NCBI GenBank assembly: GCA_964022665.1
Contig: CAXIDF010000002.1
Location: forward strand, 207,797-271,796
Length of the DNA stretch: 64,000 nucleotides
From: an uncultured Halieaceae bacterium
GTDB taxonomy: Bacteria > Pseudomonadota > Gammaproteobacteria > Pseudomonadales > Halieaceae
Reading direction: 5' to 3'
Shown here: positions 36,947 through 45,672 of the stretch, in pieces
Position numbering within the stretch: the first letter of the stretch is position 1
Layout of the letters: the number at the start of each line of letters is the position of its first letter
Notes under the pieces: model-generated
The model's input: the letters and a program-made list of their open reading frames with translations, nothing else
Databases searched by the model: none
What the model was told of the DNA's origin: nothing
Made by a program: the position numbers and the translations under genes

Positions 36947-38071
36947 TCAAACCAGATTGCGCAGTGCCTGCATCGGCTCCATGAACGGAAGGCCCAGGGC
37001 CTCCGCCACCGCCGCATGGGTCACCTGCCCGGCATGCACGTTGAGGCCGTTGCGCAGGTGCTCATCCTGTTCCAGCGCGGCGAGCACACCGTGCCGGGCC
37101 AGCTTCACCGCATAGGGCAGCGTGGCATTCGTTAATGCCATGGTGGAGGTTCTGGCCACCCCACCTGGCATGTTCGCCACACAGTAGTGGACCACGCCGT
37201 CCACCACATAGGTCGGGTCCTGATGCGTGGTCGCCCGGCTGGTTTCGAAACAGCCACCCTGATCAATGGCCACATCCACCATCACCGCGCCCTTCTTCAT
37301 TTTCGCCACCAGGTCGCGACTGATCAGCTTGGGCGCTGAAGCGCCCGGGATGAGCACAGCACCGACCACCAGATCAGCCTGCAGCGCATAGCGCTCCAGC
37401 GCCTCCTTGGTGGAGTAGACGGTTTTCAGACGGCCGCCAAACAGCATATCCAGTTCCTTCAGGCGGTTGAGGTCGCGGTCCAGCAGCGTGACATCCGCGC
37501 CCATGCCCATGGCCATGCGCGCGGCGTTGATGCCTACTACGCCCCCACCGATCACGATGACCTGCGCAGGCTCCACGCCCGGTACGCCGCCCAGCAGTAC
37601 GCCATTGCCGCCCTGGGCCTTTTCCAGGTTGTGCGCACCGGCCTGAATGGCCATGCGACCCGCTACTTCGCTCATGGGGGCCAGCAGGGGCAGACCGCGG
37701 TTCACCGAGGTAACCGTCTCGTAAGCGATGCAGGTGGCGCCGGATGCCAGCAGCGCCGCTGCCTGTTCCGGGTCGGGCGCCAGGTGCAGGTAGGTAAACA
37801 AGAGTTGGCCGGGGCGCAGCATGCGGCATTCAATCGGCTGCGGCTCTTTAACTTTGATGATCATTTCCGCCTCCGCGAATATCGCTTCGGCGTCAGCAAT
37901 GATGTCGGCACCCGCATCCCGGTACTGGGCATCGTCAAAGCCTATCGGCTCGCCGCCATCACGCTGCACCAGTACACGGTGGCCATCGTGCACCAGTTCT
38001 CCCACACCGGCCGGCGTGAGACCAATGCGATACTCGTGATTCTTGATTTCCTTCGGTACGCCAATCAGCAT
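36947..38071 (-). CDS. ald: Alanine dehydrogenase
   Basis: [21 protein letters not shown]-terminus. NAD fold [15 protein letters not shown] at 38071 with a GGAG RBS. Confidence 0.9.
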   Translation of the reverse strand: MLIGVPKEIKNHEYRIGLTPAGVGELVHDGHRVLVQRDGGEPIGFDDAQYRDAGADIIADAEAIFAEAEMIIKVKEPQPIECRMLRPGQLLFTYLHLAPDPEQAAALLASGATCIAYETVTSVNRGLPLLAPMSEVAGRMAIQAGAHNLEKAQGGNGVLLGGVPGVEPAQVIVIGGGVVGINAARMAMGMGADVTLLDRDLNRLKELDMLFGGRLKTVYSTKEALERYALQADLVVGAVLIPGASAPKLISRDLVAKMKKGAVMVDVAIDQGGCFETSRATTHQDPTYVVDGVVHYCVANMPGGVARTSTMALTNATLPYAVKLARHGVLAALEQDEHLRNGLNVHAGQVTHAAVAEALGLPFMEPMQALRNLV

Positions 38072-38231
38072 GTGCCACTCCAAAAGCAGATTAAACTACC
38101 CGGCATGCTAGACGGGCTGGTTGCGTTGTTGCAAATATGCCTGAATCGAAACCCGAAAGAAATTTTGCAGCTGAAAATGGAGCAAATTGAGGCCACCTTG
38201 ACGCCGCAGCGACCCGAAGGAGCAATGACAC

Positions 38232-39104
38232 TCAATCCAGGTCGTGATCGATGTCCTTGTACTGCAGGTTGGTCAGCTGCTCGGCGATCAAACCGATGAA
38301 AAACACCACCAGACCCGCCAGCAGCAACAGGGAGCTCATGTTGCTGAAACGCAGCAGCCCGCTGCCGAACGCGCCCAGCAGATAGTTGGCCAGCCCCAGG
38401 CCCGCCAGCAGCACTGACAGCGGAAAGTACACCTTGAGTGGGGAGTACAACGTGCCGATCTTGAAGATGATCAGGAAAAAACGCACCCCGTCTCGCAGGG
38501 GGCTGATGTGGCTCTTGCCCACCCGCTGTTCTACCGCGATGGGCACAAAGCCCACCGAATAGCCCGCGCGGAAGAAGGCCATGGTCGACGTGGTGGGGTA
38601 ACTGAAGCCGTTGGGCAGGAGGTAGAGAAAGCTCAGGAACTTGCGCCGGTTTACCGCCCGAAATCCGGAGGTGAGGTCGTCAATGCGCCGGTTCACCATC
38701 CAGCTGGCCAAGCGGTTGTACAACGTGTTGGCGCTCCAGCGCGCAATGCTCGCCTGGGACGACAGCCCCGAGCGCGCACCCACGACCATATCATAACCCT
38801 GAGCCATGGCCGTGAGCAGACTGGCGATATCCGCCGGGTCGTGCTGGCCATCACCGTCCATGAACACCAGTACATCGCCCGTTGCCACACGCGCGCCGGA
38901 CTTGATCGCGGCACCGTTGCCCTTGGGGTAGGGGTGCGAAACCACCGTTGCCCCCGCACTGCGGGCCACCGCGGCAGTGTCGTCCTCGGAGCCGTCGTTG
39001 ACGACAATCAGCTCGGCGTCGGGATAGAGGGTGCGTAGGCGTGGCAGAATCGGCGCCAGCCCGAGTTGCTCATTCCTGGCGGGTATTACAATGGAAATTC
39101 GCAA
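38232..39104 (-). CDS. GT2 polyprenyl-phosphate glycosyltransferase (GtrB / DPM1 / ArnC-like)
   Basis: ISIVIPARNE. DxD region VFMDGDGQHDP. TSGFR. Two C-terminal TM helices ending in GLIAEQL, the GtrB/ArnC-like topology. TTG start immediately follows the upstream TAG. Confidence 0.8.
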   Translation of the reverse strand: MRISIVIPARNEQLGLAPILPRLRTLYPDAELIVVNDGSEDDTAAVARSAGATVVSHPYPKGNGAAIKSGARVATGDVLVFMDGDGQHDPADIASLLTAMAQGYDMVVGARSGLSSQASIARWSANTLYNRLASWMVNRRIDDLTSGFRAVNRRKFLSFLYLLPNGFSYPTTSTMAFFRAGYSVGFVPIAVEQRVGKSHISPLRDGVRFFLIIFKIGTLYSPLKVYFPLSVLLAGLGLANYLLGAFGSGLLRFSNMSSLLLLAGLVVFFIGLIAEQLTNLQYKDIDHDLD

Positions 39105-40985
39105 CTAGTCAGTCTCCAGGTAAAGCGCGAGTGTCTCTTGGTCTACAACAGACAACGCTCCAGCGTCCTGCAGCGTCAACAACTGCTGCTTGAGCCCGTC
39201 AGCCTCGTCCACTTTACCCAATGCAGTACTGAAATGCAGCTGCATTAAGAGCCCTCTCGTTGCCTGGGGCGACTCGGCGAGAAATCGTGCCGTGTATTCA
39301 TAGGCATTGGCATAGCGGCCCAGCGCGTTTTCCAGCACCGCGAGCAAGGCGTAGATATTGCCTGAAGCGGTCGCTTCTGCCTGAGGCTGCAAATATACCG
39401 CTGCAAACGTGTCTGCCAGTGCAGGACCGTCCAACAGGCGGCACTCGTTGTTTTGCAACATCTTCACCAGGGTGTGCAACGTGGGTACGGAGCTCAAAGG
39501 TCGCTCGGCCAAAAGTGCCTGCCGATTCGGCTCACGCGCTGCCGACAGCGGTTGGTCGGCAATACAACTGAGCGCAAGATTGCGCATGTAATGGTCGCCA
39601 GCCCGCTCTCGCGTGTAGTCATGCGCACGCGCGGAGTATTCGAGCGCACGTTCGAGGCTACCCACTCTCGCATACATCACAGCCATATCAGCATTGGCAC
39701 GAAAAGAAGTGGGGTGTGCATTGATCTGATTGAAACGCAGCAGGTAACTGTTTGACCAGATCTCCACCTGGGAGCTGGTATTGAAACTCAACACAACCAG
39801 ACCGAGCGCAAGATACGCCATGACCGGCGGTGCCACCCTGGGCCACCGCTGCTGCAGCTCGGCGAGCAAAAGTGCCGCCAGCAGGAAAACCGCGATCCCC
39901 GGGAAATAGTTGCGGTGTTCAAAATACAGTTCCAATGGCAGCACACTCGACTCGACGCTTTGCCCCACCAGATAGAAAAGAATACAAAAGGCCACTCGGC
40001 GCCCAGGCACGAAGACGGACGACACCGCGACTGCAATCAGAACCCCACCCCAGGCAAGCAGCGCATGCAGCGTTGTTACAGGGTTCGTTAATGAATGAGA
40101 TAGCAGAACATCGTCGTGATAAAGCCCCATGCGTGCTGTCTGCGGCCACACCAGCTGAGCGAGGTAATCCCACAGAATTCTGCCTTGCGTCAGCAACCGC
40201 TGCTCAAGGGTGAATTCGCGCAAGGTGTAGTGCGCCAGAAAGCGCTCGGGGGCCAGCAGGAAAACCGAGACAACCGATACCGCCCCCAGGACCAGGAGAC
40301 CCAGCGCGATGGCACACAGTCTGCGATCAACAACCCCGGAGCGCCGACAACCAAACCAGAGCAGCTCGAGAAGCAGCAACACAGGAAGAACCACAATGCC
40401 GTTCTCCTTGGCGAATACCGCCAGCGCTGCACAGACAGCAACAACGGTCATGCGCCAGATGCCACGCTGCCCGCGAACATAAGCCGCTCGCCAGTGCAGA
40501 TAGGCGATCAGCGTCAGCAGCATGAAGGTGCACGCCAGCATGGCCATGCGTTGCACGGCGTAGAGCACCGTACTCACCCACAACGGCGACACCAGCCACA
40601 GACCTGCAGCCAGCAGTGCTACCGCCAGACTGCGCGCATACCCGGAGCCACGCAGCAGCAAAAAAATAAACCACGCAAGCAACACGCCATTGACCACATG
40701 CAGCGCAATGTTGATCGACTTGCTCCAGCGCAAATCCGCACCCAGCAGCGCGCGCTCGGCAACGAAGGTGGCCATTGTCACAGGCCGCCCCAGCGGCCCT
40801 GAGCCGTCACCCAGTACCTGCTCAACGAGCTGTCGGGAATCCACGTCCGTTTCCAGCAAGGTGACGCTGGTCCGGTCATCGAGCAATGCCGGGCCGTGAA
40901 TGCCCGGGGCATACAGCCATGCCGTAGCAGCCAGTAGCAAGCCGAACGTTGCAATCAACCAGAAGTTGGTGAAACGAACTGACAT
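39105..40985 (-). CDS. GT-C-like polytopic membrane protein with C-terminal TPR domain (TMTC/PMT-like), paralog B
   Basis: First-loop acidic motif ALLDD. GPLGRPVTMATF. VSTVLYAVQRMA. KENG. FEHRNYFPGIAV. C-terminal TPR-like repeats. The ATG at 40985 overlaps the paralog A stop (TGATG). Confidence 0.7.
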   Translation of the reverse strand: MSVRFTNFWLIATFGLLLAATAWLYAPGIHGPALLDDRTSVTLLETDVDSRQLVEQVLGDGSGPLGRPVTMATFVAERALLGADLRWSKSINIALHVVNGVLLAWFIFLLLRGSGYARSLAVALLAAGLWLVSPLWVSTVLYAVQRMAMLACTFMLLTLIAYLHWRAAYVRGQRGIWRMTVVAVCAALAVFAKENGIVVLPVLLLLELLWFGCRRSGVVDRRLCAIALGLLVLGAVSVVSVFLLAPERFLAHYTLREFTLEQRLLTQGRILWDYLAQLVWPQTARMGLYHDDVLLSHSLTNPVTTLHALLAWGGVLIAVAVSSVFVPGRRVAFCILFYLVGQSVESSVLPLELYFEHRNYFPGIAVFLLAALLLAELQQRWPRVAPPVMAYLALGLVVLSFNTSSQVEIWSNSYLLRFNQINAHPTSFRANADMAVMYARVGSLERALEYSARAHDYTRERAGDHYMRNLALSCIADQPLSAAREPNRQALLAERPLSSVPTLHTLVKMLQNNECRLLDGPALADTFAAVYLQPQAEATASGNIYALLAVLENALGRYANAYEYTARFLAESPQATRGLLMQLHFSTALGKVDEADGLKQQLLTLQDAGALSVVDQETLALYLETD

Positions 40986-42964
40986 CAGGGGTTCGCCCCG
41001 GCGAAGAGCTGACGTTGCAGTGGTAGCTGCCGACGATTTGTGTCGTACTGCATCCATTGCCCGGCGGAGCGCAAGAGTCCTTCGGCGTCACCGAGCTCAC
41101 TGTACTGGGCGAGCAGATACGGGTAATAACTCAGCTGTCCCGGTGCGCGTGCAAGCGCATCCTCAAGGACGGCAAGCAACTCGCCTGGCGGTGCGCCACT
41201 GGCTTGCAGGTACGAGTAACGGAGGCTGTCAAGATCAGACGGCGTAAGAGAATAGCGCCCCAGCGCTGCAAATAACCTGTCCACCTCGTCTTCCTCCGTA
41301 GCGCACTTGCCGTCACCCATACACTCGGCCAACACCTGCAGGGCATTCCTGTCCGATGCCTTGAGTACGCGGCCAGGCAAGGCCGCCTGCAGCGTTGAAA
41401 GCCAGTCGGTTTGCGCACCCAGTTCCGGGAAGAAAAGGCTATCCAGGTAGTACAGCATCACCAACGCACCGATATCCGCCGGGTCCCGCTGGTGCATCAG
41501 CTCCATATAGTGTCGCCCAATGGCCAGGCTTGCTTGTGCATCCTCCGCGGAAAGACCCAGCGACTCACGCAAGCGATATTGGCGCAACAGGGCATTGCCA
41601 TAGAAATAGTTGGAACGCACCGAGGCCGGATGACGAGCAACGTTGGTGCGCGACAAGGTGAAGTCATCGGACCAGGTGTGACTGCGCACACCCAACAGCA
41701 GGGCAAACACCGCAACCAAGGCAACGGACGCTGCTGCACAACGGGCAGGCGATAAACGGCGCAGCAGTTCAACCAGCGCAAAACCCAGCAGCAGGCACAC
41801 GCCAATACTCGGCAGATAGTTGCGATGCTCGTAAACCATCTCCAGGGCGAGAAAGCTGGACTCCATGCTGTGGCCAACGAGATAGATCAATACCGCCAGC
41901 AACAACAGCGGCCAGCATGAGCGCTGCCAGATGGCCAGCACCAGCAGCGCCACCCAGGCAAGCACCGCAATCAGCGTCGACACGGGATTGAGCCAGCCCG
42001 ACGACAACACAATATCATCGTGCTGAAAACCCATGCTCAGAATATTGGGCCAGGCGATCCAACCCACATACTGCCACAGCACACGGGACTGTGTGAGGAG
42101 ACGCTCCTCCAGCGTAAAATTACGCTGCGCATACCCCCCCAGAAACGTTTCCGGCGAGAGCCAGAAAATCAGTGCAATCAACGCCAGCGGCAGCAACAGC
42201 AAGAACCAGCCGGCGAACGCCAGTAGCGGCTGGCGACGCCCCGCCCAACGGCCACGGTATACCGCAACCTCCACCGCGGGCACCAGCCACAGCAGCAGCG
42301 CACCATTTTCCTTGCTCAGCACGGCAAACATCACCACCAGGAACAGCCAGAGCGCCGCGGCGACCACCTCTTCAACACCCGCGCCCTGCACCGCCCAGCG
42401 CGAACGCCAACGCACAAACAGGAACAGGCCCAGCACGACGAACAGCGTCGACAACTGCGCCATGCGTTGCACGGCGTAGAGCACTGTGGACACATGCAGC
42501 GGGTGCAGCAGCCACAGCCCCGCTGCCACGGCTGCGACCCATCCAACGGAAGTGTGTAAACGGCCTTGCGACACCCATTCCGCGAGCAGTGTGCGAAAGA
42601 GAAAAAACAGTAATACGCCAATCGTAAGGTGAATGGCGATATTGCCCAGCTTCAGGGAGCGCGCGCTGAAACCATCATCAAGCGCGTGCTGCAGGGCAAA
42701 GGACAGCATGGTCAAGGGGCGGCTGAGCGGGCCTGCATTGGAGCTGAATGCCGCCGTGCGCCACTCGTCAAATCGCGCGCCGGATATCTGTACCAATTCG
42801 TTGCCGCTGAGTGCGGGTGTGTCGTCAAAGAGGAAGTCGCCACCGGCGTTGAGCATATAAAGTGCCGCTGCAATACCCAGCAAGAGCGCCACCAACCCGT
42901 GGGGTTGGGCACTTTTGACGACAGTTGCCAAGGTACTGGGTTGCACGTGGCATTCTCTAAACAC
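40985..42964 (-). CDS. GT-C-like polytopic membrane protein with C-terminal TPR domain (TMTC/PMT-like), paralog A
   Basis: FLFDDTPAL first-loop motif. GPLSRPLTMLSF. VSTVLYAVQRMA. KENG. YEHRNYLPSIGV. C-terminal TPR-like repeats. Clearly paralogous to 39105..40985. Confidence 0.7.
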   Translation of the reverse strand: MFRECHVQPSTLATVVKSAQPHGLVALLLGIAAALYMLNAGGDFLFDDTPALSGNELVQISGARFDEWRTAAFSSNAGPLSRPLTMLSFALQHALDDGFSARSLKLGNIAIHLTIGVLLFFLFRTLLAEWVSQGRLHTSVGWVAAVAAGLWLLHPLHVSTVLYAVQRMAQLSTLFVVLGLFLFVRWRSRWAVQGAGVEEVVAAALWLFLVVMFAVLSKENGALLLWLVPAVEVAVYRGRWAGRRQPLLAFAGWFLLLLPLALIALIFWLSPETFLGGYAQRNFTLEERLLTQSRVLWQYVGWIAWPNILSMGFQHDDIVLSSGWLNPVSTLIAVLAWVALLVLAIWQRSCWPLLLLAVLIYLVGHSMESSFLALEMVYEHRNYLPSIGVCLLLGFALVELLRRLSPARCAAASVALVAVFALLLGVRSHTWSDDFTLSRTNVARHPASVRSNYFYGNALLRQYRLRESLGLSAEDAQASLAIGRHYMELMHQRDPADIGALVMLYYLDSLFFPELGAQTDWLSTLQAALPGRVLKASDRNALQVLAECMGDGKCATEEDEVDRLFAALGRYSLTPSDLDSLRYSYLQASGAPPGELLAVLEDALARAPGQLSYYPYLLAQYSELGDAEGLLRSAGQWMQYDTNRRQLPLQRQLFAGANP

Positions 42965-43015
42965 GGAGGTCCGGGAGTGTATACCGCTTTAGGGAGCAGG
43001 CAAAAATTCGGGGCG

Positions 43016-43039
43016 AAAAAAAGCCCGGCGATGCCGGGC
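43016..43039 (-). terminator. Rho-independent terminator downstream of pilA
   Basis: GCCCGGC-GAT-GCCGGGC stem-loop, followed on the minus strand by seven T. It lies 23 nt after the pilA stop. Confidence 0.65.
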
Positions 43040-43061
43040 TTTTCGGTACTTCAGCTAACTA

Positions 43062-43514
43062 TTAGCCGCGGCAGTTGGCCGGCAGGTATTTCACTTCAAC
43101 TTGGCTGGTGGTACCGGGCTTGCATTTCCAGTCGATAGAACGATCGGCTCGGGTAGTCCCTGAGAGAACGAACGAATCACCGCCGCCACCGGGGATCACA
43201 CCCGGCTGTACCTTCGCACGCAGCAAAGGACCAACGTTAGCAGTGCTCGTATAAATGATCGACGCTACGATTTCCTTGTCGGGGTTGCCGTTGATACCGG
43301 CCGCCGCTGCAGTGGGGAGGTTACCATTGGCTGCGTAATACTCCGCAATCGTGGTCTTCGCTTCAGCCAGCGTCGCCAGCGGCTCAGACATCTTCGCACG
43401 CACTGTGTAGTCCTGATACGCCGGCAGCGCGATGGCAGCCAGAATACCCACGATCGCGATAACGATCATCAGTTCGATCAGGGTGAAACCCTTTTGTACA
43501 TTCTGCATTTTCAT
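43062..43514 (-). CDS. pilA: Type IVa major pilin
   Basis: Leader MKMQNVQKG followed by [28 protein letters not shown]-terminal Cys...Cys loop ([18 protein letters not shown]). ATG at 43514 with an AGGAG RBS. Confidence 0.9.
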   Translation of the reverse strand: MKMQNVQKGFTLIELMIVIAIVGILAAIALPAYQDYTVRAKMSEPLATLAEAKTTIAEYYAANGNLPTAAAAGINGNPDKEIVASIIYTSTANVGPLLRAKVQPGVIPGGGGDSFVLSGTTRADRSIDWKCKPGTTSQVEVKYLPANCRG

Positions 43515-43587
43515 GTTCCTTACTCCTGTCCCCTGCGGGGTGTTTGGTCCGCACGCTTGCTCGGAGAGCGCGTAGCCAGCGGAACGA

Positions 43588-43603
43588 AGCATGAAACGTG
43601 CCA
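43588..43603 (-). promoter_or_regulatory. Candidate sigma-54 (-24/-12) promoter of pilA
   Basis: The minus strand reads TGGCACGTTTCATGCT. GG and GC have the exact consensus spacing (TGGCACG-N4-TTGCW). About 75 nt upstream of the pilA ATG. pilA is RpoN/PilR-dependent in Pseudomonas. Confidence 0.55.
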
Positions 43604-43731
43604 CATGCAATCAAGCTCAGTAGATGCAGATATTTTTCAATTAAAACAATACGTTAAGGTATGTGATCGAGCGCAGGCCGCGGCGGCTCCGGCGCTGGCC
43701 TGCCCATTTTGGGTCATAGAGCGACCGGATG

Positions 43732-43746
43732 TGACAATTTTTGTCA
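43732..43746. promoter_or_regulatory. Perfect palindrome TGACAA-TTT-TTGTCA in the pilA/pilB intergenic region (candidate enhancer or operator)
   Basis: Lies about 130 nt upstream of the putative -24 element. It contains TGTC half-sites like those reported for PilR binding. Confidence 0.35.
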
Positions 43747-43919
43747 TAGTTTTACAGTCGCGGTTTGGCTCCGCCGTCAGAAAACGACAGCCGAAATCGG
43801 CAAAAATCCATATAAAATCATGCTTTTACAACGTATTCAGGGTATTAGCATGAACTTTCTGTGGGTATACTTGTTGGAGAGTCAACGAAAATAATGCGAC
43901 CCCCAGGGATGCAGGCAGG

Positions 43920-45638
43920 ATGAACGAGAGAGCAATTGGGCAGCTGAGTGGCCTGGCAGGACGCCTTGTCGTTGAGGGGCTACTGAGCGCAGAGGCGGCC
44001 AAGGAAGCACAACGCGAGTCAACGTTTCAGCGTGTGCCTCTGGTCAAGTACCTCGTTGACAAGCTCGACCTCGACAGCCACAAAATTGCCGAGGTCGCCT
44101 CCAATGAGTTCGGTGTACCCCTGTTCGACATCCACGCTTTCAATATGGCCACTCTGCCCACCGGCCTGGTCGACATCAACCTCGTTACCAAGCACCACGC
44201 ACTGCCACTGTTTCGCCGTGGCAACCGCCTGTTCATTGCCGTTTCCGACCCCACCAATCTGGCCGCGCTCGACGAAATCAAGTTTCACACTGGCGTAAAC
44301 ACCGATGCCATCCTGGTGGAGGAGCGCAGCCTCAACACGGTCATTACCGAGTGGACGGAATCGCAGGACAATCTCTCCGAAGGCCTGGGCGACCTGGAGT
44401 CGGAAGACTTCGAGAACATCGATATCTCCGGGGGCGAGGACAGCAGCAAGGAGGATTCAGGGGCCGAGGCGCTGGATGAAACCCCCATCGTGCGCTTTAT
44501 CAACAAGGTGCTGATCGACGCCATCAAGCAGGGCGCTTCGGATATTCATTTCGAGCCCTACGAGAAAAACTACCGGGTGCGCTTCCGCACCGACGGCATT
44601 CTGCGCGAGGTGGTGAAGCCACCCAAGAACCTGTCCGCACGTATGGCGGCACGCCTGAAAATCATGTCGCAGATGGACATCTCCGAGCGCCGCGTGCCGC
44701 AGGACGGTCGCATTCAGATGAAGCTGTCACGCAACCGGGCCATCGATTTCCGGGTGAACACCCTGCCCACTCTGTTTGGCGAAAAGGTGGTGCTGCGTAT
44801 TCTGGACCCGAGCAGCGCGCAAATGGGTATCGATGCACTGGGCTACGAAGAAGACCAGAAGCAGATGTACCTGGACGCCTTGAGCAAACCGCAGGGCATG
44901 ATTCTGGTCACCGGCCCCACCGGCTCAGGTAAAACGGTGTCGCTGTACACGGGCATTAACCTGCTGAACCAGCCGGAACGCAATATCTCCACCGCGGAAG
45001 ACCCGGTGGAAATCAATATGGAAGGCGTCAATCAGGTACACGTGAACCCCAAGGTGGGGCTCAATTTTGCCGAGGCCCTGCGCTCCTTCCTGCGCCAGGA
45101 CCCGGACGTGATCATGGTGGGTGAGATCCGCGATCTGGAAACCGCTGAAATCGCCATCAAGGCGGCGCAGACAGGCCACTTGGTGTTATCCACCCTGCAC
45201 ACCAACAGCGCCGCAGAAACCGTGACCCGTCTGCTCAACATGGGGGTGCCCTCGTTCAACCTGGCCACTTCCGTCAACCTGATTATCGCCCAGCGTCTGG
45301 CCCGCCGCCTGTGCAAGGAATGCAGTGAGCCGGCCGAGCTGCCCACTGAGGTTCTGCTGAAAGCCGGCTTCACCGAGGAGCAGCTGGAAGGCGCCGATAT
45401 TCGCCGCGCCGTGGGCTGCGACCTCTGCACAGATGGCTACAAGGGCCGCGTCGGGATTTACGAGGTGGTGCGCGTCACCCCGACCATCGCCCAGCTGATC
45501 CTGTCCCAGGGCAATGCCATGGAAATCCACAAGCAGGCCAGGGCCGAGGGCTTCCACGACCTGCACCAGGCGGCACTGGTCAAGGTGCTCAAGGGCATGA
45601 CCAGCCTGGAGGAAGTACACCGGGTGACCACCGATTAG
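43920..45638 (+). CDS. pilB: Type IV pilus assembly ATPase PilB
   Basis: GspE/PilB family. Walker A GPTGSGKT. Tetracysteine CKEC...CDLC. 572 aa. Confidence 0.92.
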   Translation: MNERAIGQLSGLAGRLVVEGLLSAEAAKEAQRESTFQRVPLVKYLVDKLDLDSHKIAEVASNEFGVPLFDIHAFNMATLPTGLVDINLVTKHHALPLFRRGNRLFIAVSDPTNLAALDEIKFHTGVNTDAILVEERSLNTVITEWTESQDNLSEGLGDLESEDFENIDISGGEDSSKEDSGAEALDETPIVRFINKVLIDAIKQGASDIHFEPYEKNYRVRFRTDGILREVVKPPKNLSARMAARLKIMSQMDISERRVPQDGRIQMKLSRNRAIDFRVNTLPTLFGEKVVLRILDPSSAQMGIDALGYEEDQKQMYLDALSKPQGMILVTGPTGSGKTVSLYTGINLLNQPERNISTAEDPVEINMEGVNQVHVNPKVGLNFAEALRSFLRQDPDVIMVGEIRDLETAEIAIKAAQTGHLVLSTLHTNSAAETVTRLLNMGVPSFNLATSVNLIIAQRLARRLCKECSEPAELPTEVLLKAGFTEEQLEGADIRRAVGCDLCTDGYKGRVGIYEVVRVTPTIAQLILSQGNAMEIHKQARAEGFHDLHQAALVKVLKGMTSLEEVHRVTTD

Positions 45639-45672
45639 AAACAGCGTAACCACGTGCTGAACGGACGAGACT

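Noticed and set aside
43709-43894. 61-aa ORF in the pilA-pilB intergenic region
   Set aside because: It lies in the AT-rich promoter region with no RBS and an implausible composition. The region is better explained by divergent promoters and regulator sites.
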